Shown one piece after another: positions 21,309 through 30,951 of a stretch of 64,000 bases of DNA. Source of the stretch: an uncultured Chloroflexia bacterium. GTDB taxonomy: Bacteria; Chloroflexota; Limnocylindria; Limnocylindrales; CSP1-4. The number at the start of each line of letters is the position of its first letter. Positions within the stretch are counted from its first letter, which is position 1. Location of the stretch: positions 295,697 to 359,696 of the forward strand of contig CAVYBU010000002.1 in assembly GCA_963766735.1 (NCBI GenBank), written 5' to 3'. A program made the translations under genes and the position numbers. The notes under the pieces were generated by a model. The model made no database searches. It saw only the letters and a program-made list of their open reading frames with translations, and had not been told where the DNA came from.

Positions 21309-23040
21309 CTACTGCTTCCGGTTGCGGATCACGAGCGCGGCGATGCCGATCACGACGCCGATCAGGAGCAGCACGATCAGGATCGTGCCCACATTGCTAT
21401 CCGCTCTCGACGGGAGGCTCGGGCGCCGGCGTGGGGGCCGCGGTGGGAGTCGGGGACGGCGAGCTGACGACGGTAACCGTCAGCGGGATGTCGGACCGCC
21501 CGTTCCCCTTGGTGATGACCGGCGTGCCGACCTCCGTTGCCCAGAGCGTGCCGTTCTCCCAGATCGTCCCGCGGACGACGTAGTCAGCATCGTCATCGAT
21601 CGCTTCGGGGTCGTACGGGACCGAGTAGGCGACGGGCGCCGCGCCGGTCGGCTGGATGTACTGGAACCCGATGGTCTCGCCGGAGCTGACCTTGATCACG
21701 AGGGCCGTGCCGTATGTCTCCGGATCGCTCGCCGAGTCCAGCCCGATGCCGGAGATCGTCCCCGTCACGGCGCCCTTGAGGAGGTCCGGACGGAACGCGA
21801 GCGGGAGCTCCACGCCCTCGACCAGCGCCACGCCGGTCTCGACAGGCACGCCGATCGGGGTCACCCAGGCGAGATCGCCGTCCACGAGGCCGGCATACAG
21901 GCGGTAGGTCGCGTCCTTGGTGAGCGCCGAGAACGCGTATGCCAGCTCCCAGGGAATGGGCTGGTCGCCCGGGTCCGTCATCTGCTTCGAGGCGATGATG
22001 GTGCCGGCCTTCGGACCCGCGGTCCCCTCGACGAGGAGAACGACGGCGTGGGCCTCCGCGGTGGGCTTGTGATCCTCATTCCAGGTCAGGGTGCCCTTGA
22101 TGGTGCCGGTGGTCGGTTCTGCCGTCGGCGACGCGGTCGCGGATTCGCTCGGAACCTCGCTGGGGCTCGATGTCGGCTCGTCGCTGGGCGCCGCCGTCGG
22201 GGCCTCGGTCGGGGCTTCGGTGGGTGCCGCCGTCGGGGCCTCGGTGGGCGCCGCCGTCGGCTTGGCGGTGGGTGCCGCCGTCGGCTTGGCGGTCGGTGCC
22301 GCCGTCGGCTGCGGTCCACCGGCGATCGTGACCGCGACGACGAGGCCCTCGCTGGGCGCTCCGTTGGTCACCGCCGGGACGCCGGTCCGGGCCTCCCAGG
22401 CAGAGGACCCATCGATGATCATGGCCTTCACGACGTAGGTTGCGGCAGGATCGATGATGCCGGGGTCGTAGGCGATGCTGAACGCGACCGGCGTCGCGCC
22501 CGGCGCCGGGATGACCTGGCGCGCCGTGAGCGTGCCGGTGTTCGTGTTGACCAGGATCGCGTAGGCGACGGCCTCCGGGGTGAGGGCGGCCTTGTCGGCC
22601 TTCGTGATCGTGCCGGTCACGGACGCGGTCGCGCCCGGAGAGGTGATGACCACGGGCAGGACCACGTTCGAAGTGGGCCCGCCGGTGATGACCGGCACCG
22701 CCTCGACGGTCTGGCGGGTCTTGCCCGCGTCGAGGGTGCTGGCGAACAGGGCGTAGCTGTGCGTGGGATCGATCGCCGCGGCCTCGAACGGGACGCTGAA
22801 TGCGATGGGGAACTGCCCGCCGGTGATCACCTGCTGGCCGATCGCCACCTTCGTGGTCGGGTCGGCCTGCTGGTCGACCAGGGTCACGACGGTGACGGCA
22901 TCGGGGCTGAGCGCGATCTTCTCCTTGCTCGTGACGTTCCCGGTCACCACGTTCTCGGCGGCGGATGCCGCTGGACCGGCGTGGGCAAGGATGGGCGCGA
23001 TCAGCGCCAGCAGCACGACAAGCAGAAACGTTCGACGCAT
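21309..23040 (-). CDS. Surface protein with four YbaY/YscW-like domains, a Pro/Thr linker and a C-terminal TM anchor (frameshift near 21400)
   Basis: Signal peptide MRRTFLLVVLLAL; four repeats of VTG(T/N)(I/V)T...P(I/V)AFS(V/I)xYD...Y. The frame stops at 21397, but a shifted frame continues SNVGTILIVLLLIGVVIGIAALVIRNRKQ* to 21309. Confidence 0.75.
22186..22310. repeat. 12-bp-period coding tandem repeat (TAAP/TAKP/TEAP)
   Basis: Recurring GCCGCCGTCGG units encode PTAAPTAKPTAAPTEAP on the minus strand. Confidence 0.85.
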
Positions 23041-23169
23041 CGTTTGGGGACTCCTTCGGGCCGGCCCGTGATGTGGGCCGTCGGCGCGGCAAGTGTATCG
23101 CGATCGGAATTCCGTCGCCCCAGGCGGGTCAGTGGTCCCGGGAGGCGACCGGACTACAATCCGCGGACG

Positions 23170-24333
23170 ATGCCGATCTACCTCGACCACGCCGCGACCA
23201 CGCCGCTGCGCGCGGAGGCTCGCGACGCGATGCTCCCGTACCTGGATGGCATCTTCGGGAACCCCTCGTCCGCGCACGGTTTCGGCCGCATCGCGCGCGA
23301 GGCTCTCGACGACGCACACGAGAGGCTGGCGCGGGCCATCGGCGCCGAGGCCCGGGAGATCGTCTTCACCGGCGGTGGAACCGAGGCCGACAACCTCGCC
23401 CTCAAGGGTGCTGCGTGGGCAGGCCGCGCGAAGGGCCACCGGATCGTCACCACGCCCGTGGAGCACCACGCCGTCGGTCACACGCTGGCGCACCTGGAGA
23501 AGTTCGGCTTCGAGGTTGTCCAGGTCCCGGTGGACCGGTATGGGCGCGTGGATCCGGCGGACGTCGAGGCGGCGCTCACGGACCGGACGATCCTGGTATC
23601 GGTGATGCTGGCCAACAACGAGGTCGGCACCGTCCTGCCCATCCGGGAGATCGCGGATGTCGTGCACGCCCACCGTGGCACCCTGCTTCACGTGGACGCG
23701 GTGCAGGCTGCGGCGTGGGTGGACCTCGACGTCGGCGCGCTGGGCGCGGACCTCGTGGCGCTGGCAGCACACAAGGTGGAGGGACCGAAGGGCACCGGGG
23801 CGCTCTGGATCCGCCGTGGGACCCACATCCTCCCCCAGCAGCACGGCGGGTCGCAGGAGCGCCACCGGCGAGCCGGGACGGAGAACGTGGCGGGGGCGGT
23901 GGGCATGGCGGTGGCGTTCGAGCTGGCGGCTGCTGAACGTGTCGTCACCGTGCCCCGTGTCACGGGGTTGCGGGATCGGCTGGCCGCGGCCCTGCTGGCG
24001 GTTCCCGACGCTGAGCTCACCGGCCATCCGGTCGAGCGCCTGCCGCACATCCTCTCGGTGGTGGTGCGCGGAATCGAGGGCGGCTCCGTCGCCCTGTCGC
24101 TGGACCTGGCAGGGATCGCGGCTTCCACCGGTTCGGCCTGCGCGTCGGGCTCCACCGAGGTCAGCCACGTGCTGGCGGCGATGGGCTTCCCGGCCGACGA
24201 GGCGCGCGGTGCCCTCCGGCTGAGCCTCGGCCGCACGACCACGGACGCCGAAATCGACGAGGCAGTACGCGTCGTGCCTGACGTCATCGCGCGCATTGCC
24301 GCCGTCGCCCCGGCCGGGGTGCCCGCCGGGTGA
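23170..24333 (+). CDS. iscS: Cysteine desulfurase (NifS/IscS type)
   Basis: [41 protein letters not shown]; translationally coupled to mnmA. Confidence 0.92.
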   Translation: MPIYLDHAATTPLRAEARDAMLPYLDGIFGNPSSAHGFGRIAREALDDAHERLARAIGAEAREIVFTGGGTEADNLALKGAAWAGRAKGHRIVTTPVEHHAVGHTLAHLEKFGFEVVQVPVDRYGRVDPADVEAALTDRTILVSVMLANNEVGTVLPIREIADVVHAHRGTLLHVDAVQAAAWVDLDVGALGADLVALAAHKVEGPKGTGALWIRRGTHILPQQHGGSQERHRRAGTENVAGAVGMAVAFELAAAERVVTVPRVTGLRDRLAAALLAVPDAELTGHPVERLPHILSVVVRGIEGGSVALSLDLAGIAASTGSACASGSTEVSHVLAAMGFPADEARGALRLSLGRTTTDAEIDEAVRVVPDVIARIAAVAPAGVPAG

Positions 24334-25487
24334 GCAGGATCCTGGTCGCCATGTCCGGCGGAGTTGACAGCTCCGTCGCTGCCGCGTTGCTGCACCAGCA
24401 GGGGCACGACGTGGTGGGGATCTGGATGCGGCTCCACGATGTGGCCGACAGCTACTCGGAGTTCAGGAAGAGCTGCTGCTCCGCCGATGCTGCCGACGAT
24501 GCGCGTCGGGTGGCGGCGAAGCTCGGTATTCCGTTCTACGTGATGAACCTCGAGCGCGAGTTCTCGGCCGGCGTCATCGAGCCCTTCGTGGCGGCCTACC
24601 TTGGTGGCCGGACACCCAGCCCGTGCGTGGACTGCAACAGCCTCGTCAAGTTCGGGGCGCTCCTCGACCGGGCGCGCCACCTGTACGAGTGCGAGGCGGT
24701 GGCCACCGGTCACTACGCCCGCCGCGAGGTCGTGGAGACGGCAGGCGGGCCGCGCGCCCGCCTCGTTCGTGCCGCCGACGAGCAGAAGGACCAGACGTAC
24801 TTCCTGTACGGCCTGCGACAGGACCAGCTGTGGCACAGCCGCTTCCCGCTGGGGGACCTGGCCAAGCCGGAGGTTCGGGACCTGGCCCGTGGCCTGGGGC
24901 TGGTGACCGCCGACAAGCCGGAGAGCCAGGAGATCTGCTTCGTGCCGGGCGGCGACTACCGGGATGAGCTGCGGGCGCGCGGTGGCTGGTCGCCAGAGCA
25001 GGGAGGTGTCCTGGACGCGGACGGAACCCGGGTGGGCGAGCACGGCGGCGCGGCCGGGTTCACCGTCGGCCAGCGCAAGGGACTGGGCGTCGCGCTCGGG
25101 GAGCCGCGCTTCGTTGCGCGTATCGATCCTGCGGCCAACCTGATCGTGCTTGGCCGACGGGAGGACCTGGAGACGCGCTCCGTGCCGCTGGAGGCCGTGA
25201 GCTTCATCGCGGGTGGGCCGCCGAGGATCGGGGGCGACGGCTCATTCAGGGCGCAGGTCCGGATCCGCCACCGCGCTCCGCTGGTTGACGCCACGGTGCG
25301 ACCCGCAGGGGACGGCCGCTGGACTGCTGCGACGGAGGCGCCGGTCTGGGCCATCGCGCCCGGTCAGGCCTGCGTGCTGTACGACGGCGACGTCTGTCTG
25401 GGCGGCGGCCGGATCGCGGGCGCGGCCGGCAGCACGCCGGACACGGCGATCGACGAGGACGCGGTGCCCGCGGTCGTTCTCGCGTGA
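24330..25487 (+). CDS. mnmA: tRNA 2-thiouridylase MnmA
   Basis: [51 protein letters not shown]. Confidence 0.96.
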   Translation: MSRILVAMSGGVDSSVAAALLHQQGHDVVGIWMRLHDVADSYSEFRKSCCSADAADDARRVAAKLGIPFYVMNLEREFSAGVIEPFVAAYLGGRTPSPCVDCNSLVKFGALLDRARHLYECEAVATGHYARREVVETAGGPRARLVRAADEQKDQTYFLYGLRQDQLWHSRFPLGDLAKPEVRDLARGLGLVTADKPESQEICFVPGGDYRDELRARGGWSPEQGGVLDADGTRVGEHGGAAGFTVGQRKGLGVALGEPRFVARIDPAANLIVLGRREDLETRSVPLEAVSFIAGGPPRIGGDGSFRAQVRIRHRAPLVDATVRPAGDGRWTAATEAPVWAIAPGQACVLYDGDVCLGGGRIAGAAGSTPDTAIDEDAVPAVVLA

Positions 25488-25771
25488 CCATCGGCCCTGC
25501 GCTTCCTCTGGCGTTGGTGGTGGGCCTCGTCCACACGGCGATCTACGTGCTGCTGCGCGGCAACGCCGGCGGCCGCCTGCCATGGATCTACATCGCGGCC
25601 GCGCTCGGGGCCTGGGCGGGTGCGGCAATCGGCGGACGGCTGGGCCTGGACTGGCTGGCAATCGGGGACTTCGCGTTGATCCCGGCCTCGCTCGTCGCCT
25701 GGCTGGGGATCGGGATCGTGGCGGTCCTGGCGACGCTGGGGCCGCAATCGGAGAAGGAGGTCCGGCGATGA
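25484..25771 (+). CDS. Small membrane protein with about 3 TM segments
   Basis: Hydrophobic 95-aa ORF with 4-nt overlaps at both ends. Confidence 0.7.
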   Translation: MTIGPALPLALVVGLVHTAIYVLLRGNAGGRLPWIYIAAALGAWAGAAIGGRLGLDWLAIGDFALIPASLVAWLGIGIVAVLATLGPQSEKEVRR

Positions 25772-25986
25772 CGGACGCACGACCCGCAGGCGCGGGAAAG
25801 CCTGGCATTCCGACGGCCCCCCAGCCCCTCGGCGGAGTCGCGGACCTCGCCGAGCTGCTGGGTGGCGAGAGCGACCGGTCACGCCGGTTCCTGGGCGGGC
25901 TGATCGCGGGGGCGCTCGTGGGAGCGGCCCTGGCGGGAGTGGCGGCGCTGCGACGACGGTCCGCGGGGCGCGACGACAGGGGCTGA
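25768..25986 (+). CDS. Small protein with a C-terminal TM
   Basis: AGGAGG RBS, ATGA overlap, RRFLGGLIAGALVGAALAG followed by a basic tail. Confidence 0.6.
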   Translation: MTDARPAGAGKPGIPTAPQPLGGVADLAELLGGESDRSRRFLGGLIAGALVGAALAGVAALRRRSAGRDDRG

Positions 25987-26020
25987 ACGGGCGGCGCGAC
26001 GGCCGCCTGCGGCCCTGCGT

Positions 26021-26740
26021 TCAGCTTCGGGAGGTCTCGAATGACGGCCCATCGGCATCCAGGATCGTGCGCCGAAGCGTGGCCGGGTTCGCGTAGCTGC
26101 CGAGGAGTCCCTCGAGGTCTCCGAGGGCCCGCGCCACGTCGTCCGCGGCCGTCTCGTGGTGGCCCTCCACCGTGAGCAGGATCTCGGTCGTGTCCGCTCG
26201 CGTGGCGCTCCCGGCGCTCTGCCTCCAGCACCAGCGGCGAGCGCTCACGACATCCGCCTGATCGGCGAAGACCACCTCGCCCGGTTCCGGGCGCTCGGCC
26301 TGGCTTGCGCCGAGATCGGCCCAGCGCTCGCCGCCGTGGGCGAACCGAACCACCGTGCCGCCGGCGATCCCACGCAGATCGAACACGGCGACCGGGAGGG
26401 AGTGCCGGATGCTCACGAGGTTGGCAAGGTCCACCAGCGTCCCGACGGAGGGCAGCTCGCCCTGTTTGGTCACGCGCCGCAGGAGGGCCTCGGCCGCGGA
26501 TCGGTACTGCGTCGGATCGACGCCGAAGCTGCGGAAGACCCTGCGCCACGCCGCGAGCGCGGGCAGCTCGCTCAGGGGCGTCTCGCCGATCCTCGCCCTG
26601 GCCGCGAGCACTTCATCCAGGACCGCGGCAGCGAGCCGGGGCGGAGCAGCGCCGTTGCGGACGCCGGTCGCGTGGATCACGCCGCCGATGACCGCCGGAT
26701 AGCGGGCGATGATGTCCGGGTCATATCGGAAGAGGGCCAC
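26021..26740 (-). CDS. Stand-alone B3/B4 (PheT-like) tRNA-editing domain protein
   Basis: AWRRVFRSFGVDPTQYRSAAEALLRRV, LVDLANLVS, GEVVFAD, RRWCWRQS. Confidence 0.88.
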   Translation of the reverse strand: MALFRYDPDIIARYPAVIGGVIHATGVRNGAAPPRLAAAVLDEVLAARARIGETPLSELPALAAWRRVFRSFGVDPTQYRSAAEALLRRVTKQGELPSVGTLVDLANLVSIRHSLPVAVFDLRGIAGGTVVRFAHGGERWADLGASQAERPEPGEVVFADQADVVSARRWCWRQSAGSATRADTTEILLTVEGHHETAADDVARALGDLEGLLGSYANPATLRRTILDADGPSFETSRS

Positions 26741-26832
26741 GGGGCAATTCTCGCAGGCGCGACGACCCGGGGCCCGACCGCGTCCGCCGCTCCGGATGAG
26801 CGACCGCCGCGCCGTTCTGTACCATGGCGGGG

Positions 26833-29634
26833 ATGCCCAGCCCCGATACCTCCGATCGCCCCATCCCGTACCTGTCCGGCGCGGAGATCCGCAGCCGGTT
26901 CGTCGAGTTCTTTGCCGAGCGCGGCCATACGGTCGTCCCCAGCGCCAGCCTCGTGCCGGCGGGCGACCAGACGCTCCTGTTCACGAACTCCGGGATGGTC
27001 CAGTTCAAGGACGCCCTCACCGGCGCGGAGAAGCGGGACTACGTCCGAGCCGTCGACTACCAGCGGGTCCTGCGCGTCGCCGGCAAGCACAACGACTTCG
27101 AGGAGGTCGGGCGGACGCCGCGGCATCACACGCTGTTCGAGATGCTGGGCAACTGGAGCTTCGGCGACTACTTCAAGCGCGAGGCCATCCGCTGGGCGTG
27201 GGACTTCCTCACCAGGGAGCTGCAGATCCCCGCGGACCGGCTCGCCGCCACGGTCTACTCCACGGACGACCTCGCGCACAGCATCTGGAAGGACGAGATC
27301 GGGCTGCCGCCGGAGCGCCTGGTCCGCTGGGGCGACTTCCCGGCCGGCGACGAGAAGAACTGGTGGCGCATGGCCGACGTCGGCCCGTGCGGTCCCTGCA
27401 GCGAGCTGCACTACGACCGCGGCGCGCACCTCTCCGAGGGCCCGGAATGCGTCCCGGACCACTCCGAGCACTGCCCCCGCTGGCTGGAGGTCTGGAACCT
27501 GGTCTTCATGGAGTTCGAGCTGCACCCGGACCGGAGCCTGACACCGCTGCCGGCGCCCGGCGTGGACACGGGCATGGGTCTCGAGCGCATCGCCAGCGTG
27601 GTCCAGGGCGTGGCCAGCAACTACGACACGGACCTGTTCGCGCCGATCCATGCCCGGATGCGAGAGCTCCTGGGCCACGACCCCGAGGGCTTCGAGGCGG
27701 AGCGCTTCAGCTACCAGGTGATCGCGGACCACGCCCGGGCCGTCACGTTCCTCGTGGCGGACGGCGTGCTGCCGTCGAACGAGGGCCGCGGCTACGTCCT
27801 GCGCCGGATCATGCGCCGCGCGATCCGTCATGGCCGCCTGCTGGGCCGGACGGAGCCGTTCCTGGGTGAGACCGCGAAGGTCGTGATCGACACGATGGAG
27901 ACGGCGTTCCCGCACCTCACCGAGCGTCGCGACGAGATCCTGGCCGTCATCGAGCGCGAGGAGCGGCAGTTCAACCGGACGCTGGAGGCGGGTGTCGGTC
28001 ACCTCGAGGAGGCGTTGATCCCCCTGACCTCCGCGGAACGGACCGTGGGCCGGCTGGCGGAGACGCTGCCGGGGGACGCTCCCGTGCTGCCGGGCGCCGT
28101 GGCATTCCGCCTTCACGACACGTACGGGTTCCCGATCGACCTGACGGTGGAGCTGGCGGCCGAGTACGGCGTGCGGACCGATCTCGCGGGCTTTGAGGAC
28201 TCGCTGGCCGAGCAGCGGGAGCGCAGCCGGAGTCATACGAAGACGGGCATGGCCGAGGCGGCACTGGCGGCATCCCGGTACGCCGAGATCTTCGGGCGAA
28301 CCGGCGCCACGGAGTTCCTCGGCTACGAGACCACGTCGGCGGCGGGGCGGGTCATGGCCATCCTGCGCGACGGCGTGGAGTACGAGACGCTCGAAGCCGT
28401 CGCCGAGGTCGAGCTGCGGGCCGAGGCGGGAGCCCAGGCCGAGCTGGTCCTTGATCGGACGCCCTTCTACGCCGAGAGCGGAGGCCAGGTGGCCGACACC
28501 GGCGTCATCCGGGCGGCGGACGGCACGGTCGTGTTCGAGGTGGAGGATGTGCAGCGCGTGGCGGGGACGCAGGCTGCCGGGCTCACCATCCATCGCGGCA
28601 CCCTCCGCGGACGGATCCGCCTGGGCGACTCGCTGGGCGCCGAGGTGGACGCCGAGCGGCGTGCCCACACGATGCGCAACCACACGGGTACGCACCTGCT
28701 CCACCGCGCCCTGCGCAACGTGGTGGGGGACCGGGCGCGCCAGGCCGGCTCGCTGGTCCACCCGGACTACCTGCGGTTCGACTTCCCGTTCGACCGGGGC
28801 CTCACCGGGGACGAGAAGCTGGCCATCGAGCGCGAGGTGCGCCGCGTGGTCCGCGACGATCGGCCCGTCGCCATCGAGTGGATGACGATGGCTGAGGCCC
28901 AGGGTGCCGGCGCGGATGCTTTCTTCGACGAGAAGTACGGGGAACGCGTCCGGACGATCCGCGTCGAGGGCTTCAGCCATGAGCTGTGCGGCGGCACCCA
29001 CTGCAGCGCTTCCGGCCAGATCGGCAACTTCGTCATCACCGCCGAGCGGAGCATCGGCTCCGGCGTGCGGCGCATCGAAGCCGTCACCGGCGCCGCTGCG
29101 GACGGCCTGATGGAGGAGCGGTTCGCGTTGGTGGAGCGGGCCACGGCCGCCGTCGGCGCGCGCGGGCCCGAGGTCCTGGAGGAGCGGATCGGGGCGCTCC
29201 AGGACGAGCTCCGGGAGGCGAAGCGCCGCCTGCGGGTCGGCGCAGCCGCGGGTGGCCGCCCGCAGCCCTCGGACGTGGCCGCGAAGGCCGAGGAGATTGC
29301 GCCCGGCGTCATGTTCGTCGGGGCCGCGCTGGACCTTGATTCGATCGATGCCCTCAAGGGCTTTGCGAAGGACATGCGCGGCGGCCTGCCCAGCGGCGTC
29401 ATCGCCCTCGGGCTGGACGCGGACGAGCCCCAGCTGTTCGTGACCGTCAGCGACGACCTCGTCGCGCGCGGCATGGCGGCCGGGGAGCTGATCCGGGAGG
29501 CCGTGCCGGCCATGGATGGCCGTGGCGGTGGACGACCGGAGATGGCCCAGGGCAAGGGCTCCCGCCGCGACGGCCTCGCCGACGCCATCGCCGCCGCCCG
29601 GGCCGCGGCCGTGGCGCAGGTCGCCGGCTCGTGA
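26833..29634 (+). CDS. alaS: Alanine-tRNA ligase
   Basis: LLFTNSGMVQFK, HHTLFEMLGNWSFGDYFK, DTGMGLER, NHTGTHLLH, ELCGGTH, GGGRPEMAQG. ATG 26833 chosen because TACCAT overlaps ATG 26824. Confidence 0.97.
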   Translation: MPSPDTSDRPIPYLSGAEIRSRFVEFFAERGHTVVPSASLVPAGDQTLLFTNSGMVQFKDALTGAEKRDYVRAVDYQRVLRVAGKHNDFEEVGRTPRHHTLFEMLGNWSFGDYFKREAIRWAWDFLTRELQIPADRLAATVYSTDDLAHSIWKDEIGLPPERLVRWGDFPAGDEKNWWRMADVGPCGPCSELHYDRGAHLSEGPECVPDHSEHCPRWLEVWNLVFMEFELHPDRSLTPLPAPGVDTGMGLERIASVVQGVASNYDTDLFAPIHARMRELLGHDPEGFEAERFSYQVIADHARAVTFLVADGVLPSNEGRGYVLRRIMRRAIRHGRLLGRTEPFLGETAKVVIDTMETAFPHLTERRDEILAVIEREERQFNRTLEAGVGHLEEALIPLTSAERTVGRLAETLPGDAPVLPGAVAFRLHDTYGFPIDLTVELAAEYGVRTDLAGFEDSLAEQRERSRSHTKTGMAEAALAASRYAEIFGRTGATEFLGYETTSAAGRVMAILRDGVEYETLEAVAEVELRAEAGAQAELVLDRTPFYAESGGQVADTGVIRAADGTVVFEVEDVQRVAGTQAAGLTIHRGTLRGRIRLGDSLGAEVDAERRAHTMRNHTGTHLLHRALRNVVGDRARQAGSLVHPDYLRFDFPFDRGLTGDEKLAIEREVRRVVRDDRPVAIEWMTMAEAQGAGADAFFDEKYGERVRTIRVEGFSHELCGGTHCSASGQIGNFVITAERSIGSGVRRIEAVTGAAADGLMEERFALVERATAAVGARGPEVLEERIGALQDELREAKRRLRVGAAAGGRPQPSDVAAKAEEIAPGVMFVGAALDLDSIDALKGFAKDMRGGLPSGVIALGLDADEPQLFVTVSDDLVARGMAAGELIREAVPAMDGRGGGRPEMAQGKGSRRDGLADAIAAARAAAVAQVAGS

Positions 29635-29669
29635 CACGCATCGCCGCTCCCGACGGCAGGGCAGCCTAG

Positions 29670-30932
29670 ATGGCGTTCCTGCGTCGCCTCTGGAACCGCG
29701 AGGACGAGCCCGTCCCGGCCGCGTGCACGGCGCTCGACATCGGCACGGAGTTCGCCAAGGCGCTCGTGTTCGAGATCGACGATGAGGGCAAGGGCACGGT
29801 TCGCGGCGTGGGCCGGAAGCGCCAGGGCCTGTCCCACATGCAGTCCGGGACCGTAGCCGACATCGCTGCCGTGGTGGACAACTGCGCCGTCGCGCTCCAG
29901 GAAGCCGAGGAGATGGCGGGCTTCCGCCCGACGCAGGTGGTCATCGGCATCGCGGGCGAGCTGGTCAAGGGCTTCACCACCACGCTCACCCAGGAGCGCA
30001 AGAAGCCGGATGTCCCGATCACCGACGCGGAGCTGGTCAAGCTCATCGACAGCGTCCAGAAGGAGGCTCTCCGGGAGGCGGAACGTGCCATCACCTGGGA
30101 GACGGGCCTGCCGCACGTGGACGTGCGCCTGGTCCACAGCGCCATCGTGGGCGCCTCCATCGACGGCTACGGCCTCTCCAACCCGGTCGGGTTCAAGGGC
30201 CGGCACGTCAAGATCGGCATCTTCAACGCCTTTGCCCCGCTCGTCCACCTGGGAGCGCTCCAGTCCGTGGCCAGCCAGCTGGACCTGGAGCTGCTGGAGG
30301 TCGTCGCCGAGCCCTACGCCGTGGCGCGGGTCCTCGGTGCGGAGCATGTCCGCCAGGCCGGCGCCCTGTTCATCGACGTGGGCGGCGGGACGACGGACGT
30401 CGCGCTCGTTCGCCAGGGCGGGATCGAGGGAACGCGGATGTTCGCCCTCGGCGGCCGCGCCTTCACGAAGTCCATCGCGGACCACCTGGACCTCCCGTTC
30501 CCGCGCGCCGAGTCCATCAAGGTGGACTACGCCCGCGGCCTGGACGTGGAACACCGGGACGACGTGGCCGAGATCGTGCGCGACGACGTGAACGTGTGGG
30601 CCGCCGGCGTGGAGCTGGTGATGGAGGAGATGGCCGCGGGCGAGATGCTCCCGGCCCGGATCTATCTCTGCGGCGGCGGCTCGCGCCTGCCCGAGATCCG
30701 CGCCTCCCTGGTCGCGGAGCGCTTCTGGAAGCGGCTGCCGTTTGCCCGTCCGCCCGAGGTCCTGATCATGGCCCCCGACCAGGTCGAATCCATCAAGGAC
30801 GCCACGGACCTCCTGGTGGATCAGCAGGACGTGACCCCGCTCGGCCTGGCGTACCAGGCCATCGAGCTCCAGACCTCCGAGGACCCGCTCGACGCCGCTC
30901 TCCGCCGCGTCCTGCGGGCGATGAAGGTCTAG
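29670..30932 (+). CDS. FtsA-like actin-family ATPase outside a dcw cluster
   Basis: ALDIGTEFAK, VAEPYAVA, IDVGGGTTD, LGGRAFT and LCGGGSRLP actin-fold motifs. Confidence 0.85.
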   Translation: MAFLRRLWNREDEPVPAACTALDIGTEFAKALVFEIDDEGKGTVRGVGRKRQGLSHMQSGTVADIAAVVDNCAVALQEAEEMAGFRPTQVVIGIAGELVKGFTTTLTQERKKPDVPITDAELVKLIDSVQKEALREAERAITWETGLPHVDVRLVHSAIVGASIDGYGLSNPVGFKGRHVKIGIFNAFAPLVHLGALQSVASQLDLELLEVVAEPYAVARVLGAEHVRQAGALFIDVGGGTTDVALVRQGGIEGTRMFALGGRAFTKSIADHLDLPFPRAESIKVDYARGLDVEHRDDVAEIVRDDVNVWAAGVELVMEEMAAGEMLPARIYLCGGGSRLPEIRASLVAERFWKRLPFARPPEVLIMAPDQVESIKDATDLLVDQQDVTPLGLAYQAIELQTSEDPLDAALRRVLRAMKV

Positions 30933-30951
30933 GGGCGCAAGGCAGCCACCC

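Noticed and set aside
21322-24333. 1003-aa fusion ORF ending in the cysteine desulfurase (similarly 3572-6658 for murE)
   Set aside because: The upstream part is the antisense shadow of the YbaY gene (for murE, an alternative frame of the fem genes). Real starts are at 23170 and 5018.
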